The position numbers were made by a program, and so were the translations under genes. A stretch of DNA of 62,859 nt, filler included, from Kipferlia bialata (Eukaryota): NCBI GenBank assembly GCA_003568945.1. It is 5 parts of 5 records of this genome, joined end to end, with 100 filler letters (N's around TTAATTAATTAA, not from the genome) between each part and the next. Parts side by side here need not be neighbours in the genome. Positions count along the whole stretch, not along the records: positions 50,124 to 59,263 come from BDIP01000604.1; positions 59,364 to 62,859 come from BDIP01000656.1; 3 more parts are not named here. One strand, 5' to 3'. This document shows, in pieces, positions 54,148 through 62,859 of this stretch. The notes beneath the pieces are model-generated. The model was not told where the DNA came from. It ran no database searches and saw nothing but the letters and a program-made list of their open reading frames with translations. The first letter of the stretch is position 1; every line of letters starts with the position of its first letter.

Positions 54148-55414
54148 CATATATATATATATGAGTATGTATATGTTGTACCCCTCGTACTGACCCTGAC
54201 CCCAGAGACCCGTCTGTCCTCTCTGACTGGTGTCTTCTCCGTATCCACCACCCTCTCCATGTCAGACATGACAAGTGACGCACCTGATGTCAACTGTGTG
54301 GCTATAGTGTTCAAGAGGTGGGCGGACTCAAACTTGTGTACTATCTTGTTGTGTACATTGTGTGCATATTCACTCATTGTGTCTCCCTTGTCACAGCGTC
54401 TATGGGTCTGTATTATTGGCTCTGATTTAGTGTCCGTTCTTGTGTATATATGTAACCGTCACATAATCTTGAGCTGCCCCTTCTACCCGTGGCCTCACCC
54501 CCAGTGACATGGCCAACAATGACTTCTCTGGGTTCTCGTGTACCTACCAGGCCAACCTGGCATCCACAGACACATACGTCACAATGGCAGGTGGGGGGTG
54601 ATGGGATCTCTCTCTCTATATATCTCTATACGAGATGTGTTCTTCAATACACTAGTTGTGTTTACGAATTATGTTTACGAGTATTTCTATACGTCAATGT
54701 TTGGCGGCGTTTATATGTCGATGGAGATACTGAGAAGATGGAGTGTCTCCTACTGCTCTGACCCCAGTTGTCCTGACCGTTGTGCTTGTGTTTGGTGCCG
54801 GTGTCTGCATGTGTAGGGAGTCTGCGACAGAGAAGAGAGAGTTCTTGGAGCAATGCGAGGTATGGCCAGTTCAGTCGGCATCGAAGGCTCTCTAGCAAAT
54901 GATATGGTGTGTATATATACCCTTCTCAAGACCCTCTGCCCGTATCACCCCAGGAGCCCATCATGCTGTCAGCTGTGCATACACACGAGACATACCCACT
55001 CAACCAGGTGGGTACAAGTATATTATATGTGTGTCTGGGGTATCACAGTGATGCGTATGACGTATTGTGTTTTGGGTCTGTTGTGCCCGACCTCCCCCCT
55101 CCCCCCAGCCCCCCCTCCCGGACCTGTCCCTGTCCCTGGAGGACATGGCCCCCACCGCACCAGTGGCCATCCCGTCCCACCCCGTGGCATACCCCAAGGT
55201 GGGGTATGTGACCCATCAGACCCATCAGACAGATACAGAGGCCCAGGAGGCCAGTGACACAGAGTCAGACGATGTAAGGAAGATGGAGAGGGGCAAGGAC
55301 AGAAACACCCTCTTTGCGCACACCTCCTCTGTCAACAAGGGGGGACCCAGTGGCAAGGCACTGCCTGGCTCTAGTAGGGCCACCCCCCTGCCCAGCCTCT
55401 ATCGCAAGGGGTAG
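53459..55414 (+). CDS. Single-pass type I membrane protein, hypothetical (9 exons)
   Basis: Signal peptide MCHSMISLTLLCLMVLLGVLGSVKA, Cys-containing ectodomain, TM YVTMAVVLTVVLVFGAGVCMC, low-complexity tail ending LYRKG, TAG 55414. Confidence 0.7.
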
Positions 55415-55810
55415 GGGTTAGCCGGCGGTTGTCTACTATGTGGTATCCAGCCTAACCTGGTCTGTAGCTTCTTGTGGTGTGTACTTGTATTATTCTGCGA
55501 TGCGTTTTGTGTTCATTTTTGTTTTCTGTTGTTTGTGTTGCCTGGCTTCTGTTCTCTACCGTGTTGGGACGTTTGTCTGTTCCTCACCCAGAGGGACAAT
55601 TCATATAGATTTCCACTTGTCAAGTCTATTTCGGATACTACACTTTGAAGATGTGATAGAAAGCGGGGGTCGTGGTATTGATGAATAATGGTTTCACATC
55701 ATGCAGCTATTCGTATGTATTGTTACTATATGTATTGTAGTTGTACTATTAGTTGGAGCGTGTGTGACAACAAGTAGACCTATCCCTCCTGTGGCTGAGT
55801 ACCCACTCCC

Positions 55811-58800
55811 TCACTCGAACCTGGCAATGTGTACGATGCTGTTCCTCCCGTGCGCACACTTGTATGCCGCCCCCCCCGCCACTGCACTCAGACCCCTCAG
55901 GATGACGCAGAGTCTACCGTCAGAGACAGGGTCACCTGTCTTACAGGCCATGCGGCACGATCTGGACCGGAGGGCTGGGAGGAAGAGAGAGAGGGGGCAG
56001 GGGTGGGAGGCCACGGTAGCGGCAGTGTGTGGGAGCGACAGGCCACAGACACTGGCACGGTGGGTGACCTCATATCCCCCCTCCCTCCCGGCTGATGCCT
56101 CCAGCGCATACCCATGGAGCACGGCCTGTCTGCGCTGGGCATCTGTCTCCAGGGACCCACTCACATCAGGCCCATCCTCCACAGGGACAGCCCCCGATGC
56201 CTTCCGTCCCCTGCGGCGTCCCTCCCCATGTGAGTGCACGGGTGAGCATGTGAGTATGTGCCCTAGGTGGGTGAGAAGGTCAGGCAGGGTGGGGCATGAT
56301 GGGAGGGGGGCTGAGAGGACAGGGCGGGACACCAGAGACGCCATGAACCCTGTCCACCCCTCAGGGGGGAGCAAGGCCTGGCGGTCAGGGGGAGAGGGAC
56401 TTGAAGGCACAATGTATATATCGAGGAAGGAAGTCTCATTCTCATTAGAATGCATACCACCGCCTCACCTCCAGCCCTAGGTCCTGGGCATCGGGTGCCT
56501 GTCCCAGGTGTGTCCATACCCCAACCCCAAGGGAGGAGGCGTGGCACTCCCCCCCGTCCTCCCCATCAGACTCACTCTCACTGTCCACCCCAGCAGTGGC
56601 ACTCACTCTCCCAAGGCTGTCTGGGGGATAACGGCGTGCATACATACGGTCTGCATGATAGTACCTAATATATGTCTACACCGCACCCACCTGCTACCGG
56701 GTACAGTGGCCCCATCCCCCCCTTGTGTCTGCGCGACCCCTGCCCTAGCACATGCCGCAACACACGCACCAGGGTGTTGTAGCACAGGCTCTCAGCTGCA
56801 GCATGAACATCTACCGCCACCAGGTCGCCTTCCTGTGGGTCAGCGGAAGGGACAGAGAGAGGGAGACTGAGACATGGTATTAGCCACACATATCAATGAG
56901 AAACCCACCCCCACCTGTGCATTGTAACACACTGCAAATGGACCAGACCGACACAGTGGGACCAGGCCCCCCACGGCCTCAGGCCCCAGCTTCACATGTC
57001 GATGAGACACCCTCAGGGATGGGAGAGAGGAGAGAGAGGTGTTGAAGGGACTCTGGACACGCTGGAAGGCCAGAGGTACACCGTCTAGGGACAGAGAGGA
57101 CCCTCCCTGTCGAAGCCGGGCCAGTGCACCCAGCAGTCCGTCGGTCCCAGTACTACCAGTACTGTGTGAGGGATTGTCCCGATGGGTTCTACCAACCCCC
57201 CTCAGCCGCTCTCTCTGTCGCTGGAAGTACCGCTGGGTCTCACCGTCTAGCCTGATCTCCCTCTCTCTATCTCCCTCTGTCCCTTCCTCCACCCCCCTGC
57301 GTGTCACCTTGCCCCTACCCAGCGTCAGTCTCAGCCCCTCGTTGACCGATCCCATCTGCATACGGGTGTAGAAGGGCAGCCCGGCATAAGGGTCATCTAC
57401 TGATGCTGATGCTGATGCTGATGCTGGCTGGGTACCCTCAGACACAGGCTCAGGCTGAGTGGCAGCAGTAGCAGTAGCAGTAGTAGTAGTGGTAGTGGAG
57501 GATGAGGCCTCGGCATCACAGGTACTGTCAGCACCCCCATGGTCAGCAGCAGAGGCAGGGGCGGGAGTTTCCTTGGGGAACCCACTAGGGTGTCCTTGGG
57601 CAGTCGAGACGTCTGGAGGTGTGTCTCCAACCTCTTCACTTGTGGCCCCCGACTCCCTCTCCCTCTCTCTCTCCCTCTCAATCTCCTCCCTAAACGATAT
57701 GACTGACTCTAGTATGGACAGAGAGAGTGCCTTCCAAGCACCATGGGGCACATCTGCCTCTACCCCCTTGGGATGTACTGGGTACTGACGCAGACACACC
57801 CGGTAGGGCACACCGCCACCAACTGCACTAGTAGATCTAGACGCCGTGCCTTGTGTCTCAGTGTGGCTTTGCCGCTCAGAGAGGGGTAGGGCGGCAACGA
57901 TGGAGAACTTCTTGCTGGGGTGGGTCATTATTAGAGGAAGGAAAGGACAAATACACATGGGTTGTAGGACCTCCACAAACAGTAAGACTTTGGTTTAGCA
58001 ATATAAGTGTCAGGGCGTGTTCGTACCATGTGAGTACCCCCCGTATCTGTGTGAGTGCATCCTTGAGAGGCTCAGGGGGGATGGACACTGGGCTGCCACT
58101 AGACACGATGTAGTGACCTGACATGAGACTGAAGGCGGTGTCCATGTATACAACAATCCCTCCTAACCATTAGTGACTAGATGACACTACACATACGCAC
58201 CTGCATCCACCCCCCCTACGACCATACCCGCTGCAGCACCATCCTTAGTGTACAGGGGGATCAGCCCAACCCGACCCTCTCCATCTGTCACTCCCACCAC
58301 TCTCTCCACCCCGCTCTGCAGCGGTGACTCCTTCCAGCCCTGGGTGCCATCTGTACCTGCCCTGACGTACAGGGACATAGACATGCACTCAGACACACCG
58401 GGGTCCAGCGACCCCTCCCCACTTACATAGCGGGCCAGGACCCAGGGGAGTAGGGCGGCCCTGACAGCGGCCATCACCTGCTGCAGAGGGGTGGAGACTA
58501 GACACTGGCGCCTCACAGCCAGACCGACAAAAGGCACACATCTAAGTATGCACCCATACGCTGGACAAGGTAGGGGGGGACTGGACACCCCACCTCCCCC
58601 CCTGCCTGTACCCCTGCCTGGGGTGGAGACAAGAGAGCAGAGGGAAGGGGCCACGGGTATCCCCTCAGCCACAAGCCTAGACACAAACTTGGTCCCTGGG
58701 GTGAGATGGGAAGCACAGCATTGTACAATATCCCACTGAGTCTTTGACAAGAAGGAGCGTTGTGAAATGACATACACTCATATACGGTCGGTACACTATA

Positions 58801-59198
58801 ATGAATCTGCAACATGACTATATTATGGCAATATAGATCTAATGACAGAGGCACTAAATGAATGCGGGTGGGAAACAGAGTATAATACCCACCAGACACC
58901 TTCGGAGAGGGACCACCCACTGTGTGCACCGGAGTGACTCCCTGAGCCCATCACAGTACGAAGGGACCGGCCGGACGATATGGACAACACCTGTGTGTCT
59001 GAGTGGGAGAATGCCCTGAGAGGCAGGGCCCCGTCCTTGCCTGTGCCCTCTTCTGACTCTATGTCCTGCATCCTGCCTGGGGTGCCGCCCAAGGTGGCAT
59101 AGAGGGTCAGAGGCGAGTGGCACAGATACACTGAGACGGAGTCTGCCCTTAGGACCCTGGCAGACAGACACAGACAGGAGACCATCTGGCCAATGTCA
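55811..59198 (-). CDS. MLH3: MutL-family protein, MLH3-like, with degenerate catalytic motifs (first exon lost at gap)
   Basis: C-terminus LRSRSCRMACKTGDPVS...LRGLS...YKCAHGRNSIVHI matches the MutL ACR and C(P/A)HGRP motifs, with CAHGR typical of MLH3. LVAVDVHAAAESLCYN sits at the DQHAxxExxxxE position. N-terminal SDIGQMVSCLCLSARVLRADSVSVYL corresponds to the first GHKL helix. Confidence 0.72.
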
Positions 59199-59208
59199 CT
59201 GGGATCAG

Positions 59209-59261
<53 letters not shown>

Positions 59262-59363
59262 TGNNNNNNNNNNNNNNNNNNNNNNNNNNNNNNNNNNNNN
59301 NNNNNNNTTAATTAATTAANNNNNNNNNNNNNNNNNNNNNNNNNNNNNNNNNNNNNNNNNNNN

Positions 59364-62300
59364 GGGTGTCCTTGAGAGTAGTGGCGCCAGTGACAGCCAG
59401 AGTCTCGCCCACAGTAGCAGCCTTGGTGACGTTAAGGTTGTCCTTGAGGGTGGTGGCCCCAGAGACGGTCAGAGACCCGCCCACAGTAGCGGACTTGCTG
59501 ATAGCAGCATCCTCAACGACAGTGAGAGAGTCACTGAGAGTAGTGGCGCCAGTGACGGTGAGTGCGGTGTCCAAGGTGGTATCCCCTGCCACGTGGAGGG
59601 TGCTGTCTAGAGAGACAGGCCCTGAGAGGGAGATGCCGTCTGGGCTAGAGAGAGAGAGGACCCCCGAGTCCGTGGAGAGGTCCATGGCGTCAGTGGAGGT
59701 CAGAGTAGCGGCTACCACGGCACCAGAGACGTTGAGGTCGCCGTCAACGGAGGTGTCGCCAGTGAGGCTGACGCCATCGCTGCCGGAGAGAGAGAAGGCG
59801 GCCCCTCCAGTGGACTTGGCGCCCTTGGTGCCCTTGGTGAGGCTAGAAGCATCAGACGTCTCTCCAGTGGTGAAGGAGATTGTGTCTCCCACTATATGGG
59901 TGGCTGAGGCTGTGTTGCCAATCTCAACAGCAGAGGCGGCGTCTGTACCAAGCAGGATTGAGCCATTAGTGCTAGTGCCGGATGGGGTGCTACCTGCCTC
60001 CAGTACGAGGTCTCCTCCCGTGGCTCCGTAACCAGCTGTGAGGGAGAGGTCTCCGCCTCCGTAGTTGGAAGATGTGCCAAGGATGGAGGTGGAGGCGGCC
60101 TTGGCCTCAGAGGAGTCGAGGGTAGAATAGGGCCTGGAGTGAGAGGGAGAGAGAGAGAGAGATGGAGGTGGAGGCAGCCTTGGCCTCAGAGGAGTCGAGG
60201 GTGGAGTAGGGCCTGGAGTGAGAGGGCATAAGAAGGGAGAAAGGGAGAGAGAGAGAGCGAGAGGCAGCCTTGTCCTCGGAGGAGTCGAGGGTGGAGTAGG
60301 GCCTGGTGTGAGGGGAAGACTCATTAGAGTACTATACTGATACACTAGTGTATACATGGAGAGAGAGGCTTGTCCTCGGAGGAGTCGAGGGTGGAGTAGG
60401 GCCTGGTGTGAGGAGGTGTATATATCTATCTATATATATAGACATATAGAGAGAGAAAGAGATGGAGAGAGGTAGCCTTGTCCTCAATCCGCAAAGATGT
60501 GTATGCAGCCCCCCCCCCCCCCCCAATGATATACATATGAGACACAATTATGATGTATATACCCACTGAGAGTGAAGTCTGTGCCGCTCTCTCTCATTAT
60601 ATACATTACTCATTAATAAATACATATGTGTGTGTACGAATATCCACACATACCTGCTGAGAGTGAAGTGTGCCACTGTCCCCCACTGTTAGGTCCCAAT
60701 ATATGTATACAACTCATATTTTCGGATAGATAGTGCATATATATAAATAAAAATACCTGCTGAGAGTGAAGTCTGTGCCGCTGTCTCCCACTATGAGCTC
60801 TCCTCCGATGTAGGTGTCTCCCTGGGCAGCACAGTTGATCTTGACATTGCCTGTGTTAGGGTACTTCAGAGGACAGGGACCTAGTGTATACACCCCTACA
60901 TGTATATATGTATAGTTGTATATATGAGTCAGTGATTACCCTCACTACATACTCTATACACTAGGTCGTAAAATAGGAATGTATATAAACACACTACATG
61001 ATGCCTAGTGGTAACGGTGTATATACCTAAATGTATGTTGAAGTTATATTGGAGCATATGCACAGAGATAGGTATACAAGTATGTATATCCACATACCCT
61101 GCATGCTGCCCAGGGGTGCTACTGTATATACCATAATATGCGTGTGTGTATATGTAGTACATAGTATAAACATACTATATATATATATTCATCCATACCC
61201 TGCATGCTGCCCAGGGGTGCATCTGAGTTGATCAGAGGCTCAAAGCACAGAGAGGTCTCAATGGCAACGTCACTGCCCATGTGCACACGGCCAGCACCTA
61301 GGGAGTGAGAGATGGTACGTATATAGAGGGGGAGAGAGAGAGAGAGAGAGAAGCCTCACTGCCCATGTGCACACGACCAGCACCTGGATGTAAGATATTT
61401 ATGTATAGACCATTATATATGTATTGACAGGGATACATATAAATATATATATATATCGGGAGAGCTATGGAGACGACCAGCACCTAGGGGTAAGTGGATA
61501 TGGATCACATATATATACACACAGGATAGGGACAGAGAGAGGTCTCACTGCCCCTGTGCCAGCACCTAGAGGTCAAAGGGTACAAACACACATTCAAAGA
61601 GGGGGAGAGGGGGGGGGGGGGAGAGAATACCCGCTGCCCAGGTGGACGTTGCCTGATACCTGAGAGTGAGACCCAGATGGGCAGTACCCATTGGGTACAC
61701 AGCACGGAACACTGAGAGAGAGGGTATACATGAGTATCAATGTACCTATGGTGTGGTCCTGGTAAATTCCCTCATCGGCCTATCCCAGAGTCAGACTGGT
61801 CCCATCCACAGTCGTGATAAGATTACCGGTATAGGCCAAGAAGTATACGGTCAGGAACACTGGTATTAGGCAGCAGAGAAGGGAATGAACAAGAGAACAA
61901 AAGGGTTTAAAGTTTTTGTGTCTTTTGGTCATGTCAATAAGATTGAATTCAACGGAAGCAACAACGAGAGCGGAAAATGCAATGAAATATCGCTCAATGC
62001 ACATGCCTGCAGTAGCCATGAGCACAGATATGAGTGCAGAGAGCAGTACGGTCCTTCTGGAGACCTGAGATGAGGATAGGAGGCGTATTGTGGGAAGAAT
62101 AGAAATGCATAGCGTCTTTCACTGTTCTTCTCCTCACCTTGTCCCCCGTGGGTGCATCTGTGCCATCAGCAAAGCCAAAACCATGCACCATGGGAGGAGG
62201 CGAGGTTAGAAACTGAACAGGTTGGGGCATAACGCCGATAGGAATGGGGGAGCCAATAGGTGTATCGAACTGCGGCTCCATGAGGTGGGGCATGGATATG

Positions 62301-62538
62301 GAGTCATCCATGGAGGATGTGTCGCTATCGGTGTGTCTGGTGTTGCCAGAGCGGCCAGGGGGGTGGAGCTGGGGTGAGCATAGGCTGAAACACTATCATC
62401 CCTATCCATAAGCGTATCAACAGACGCTCATGCACACACCACACACACGAATCGGGTTAGAGGTACGTATAGCAGTACCTGGGAGCCAGGGGCATACACG
62501 GCCTGTGTTGCCGGGAGCTGGCGGGATCGCTTCCCCAT
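59364..62538 (-). CDS. Type II membrane protein with G/T/S-rich beta-fibre repeats (3' end lost at gap; in-frame TAG at 61780-61782)
   Basis: MGKRSRQLPATQAVYAPGSQ | LHPPGRSG...TGDK | VSRRTVLLSALISVLMATA | VFLTVYFLAYTGNL...LTLG*ADEGIYQDHTI | VFRAVYPMG... | GAGRVHMG... | ...GDTYIGGELIVG... | long exon with GGDLSLTAG/GGDLVLEAG and 12-aa repeats LTVTGATTLSDS, LTVSGATTLKDN, LAVTGATTLKDT. Confidence 0.7.
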
Positions 62539-62859
62539 CTAGGCCTCTAAAGAGAGCAGTTCCAACCTGAGTCTCTGATTCTGCGAATCGGAAATTGCAT
62601 CAATAGTATTGAATCAATACACTCTTAAAGGTCATATCCACTTCTGGTGTATATATATATGGTACCTGTAGCCTCTGGGATGTGGGTGAGGACTGGAATA
62701 ATTGGTCTGCTGGGTGTAAAGGAGAGTTCTTTGGTCAATGTAGGCCATCTATGAACAATGGTGTTGCAGTGGATTTGAGATGATCTATCTATGTAGGGAA
62801 CATATGTATTCTGGTGTACATCCCCCCCCCCCCCCCCCCCCCCCCCCTCCCTCCTCTCT

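Larger units (their letters stand above)
1..62859. repeat. Pervasive intronic microsatellites (AT)n, (AG)n/(CT)n, (GT)n, (ATGT)n and poly-C/G runs
   Basis: Directly visible throughout. They generate the YIYI/SLSL/RERE ORFs in the track. Confidence 0.99.

Noticed and set aside
59366..60031. Long plus-strand ORFs opposite real exons (also 55701-56480, 57039-57788)
   Set aside because: They are antisense shadows of GC-rich coding exons with no independent protein features.
61780..61782. Hexamitid-type genetic code (TAA/TAG = Gln) as the explanation for the in-frame TAG
   Set aside because: TAA or TAG end other genes here at the expected places (nitroreductase TAA 41076, TAG 2708, TAG 14985), and Gln is encoded by CAG/CAA throughout.
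1..62859. Transposable elements or introner-like repeats
   Set aside because: No transposase or RT motifs, terminal repeats or shared intron bodies were seen. The repeats are local, exon-specific duplications.

Overview
Eukaryotic nuclear DNA from a very intron-dense, microsatellite-saturated genome ((AT)n, (AG)n/(CT)n, poly-C). Most ORFs in the supplied track are artefacts. Real genes are chains of short exons with GT donors and a branch point fused to the acceptor (CT[A/C/G/T]A-N3-5-[C/T]AG). That splice signal and a Giardia 'Protein 21.1'-type ankyrin gene suggest a fornicate metamonad, Kipferlia-like (inference). The window is at least five contigs joined by N-TTAATTAATTAA-N linkers. Genes reconstructed by hand: an FG-GAP/Ig-like type I membrane protein, a Cys-rich protein, Raptor/KOG1, a small protein with a phage-fibre-like C-terminal domain, a 9-exon nitroreductase, an ankyrin/coiled-coil protein, a 7TM protein, a single-pass membrane protein, a catalytically degenerate MLH3-like MutL, and a type II membrane beta-fibre protein with an in-frame TAG. 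The most striking feature is that introns hold polarised arrays of partial copies of the neighbouring exon: acceptor plus 5' half upstream, 3' half plus donor downstream, joined through microsatellites. The copies differ from the live exon almost only at synonymous sites, as if old or alternative allelic exon ends were being stacked inside introns. An assembly artefact must be excluded with long reads. All exon coordinates and family calls are manual, with no database searches.
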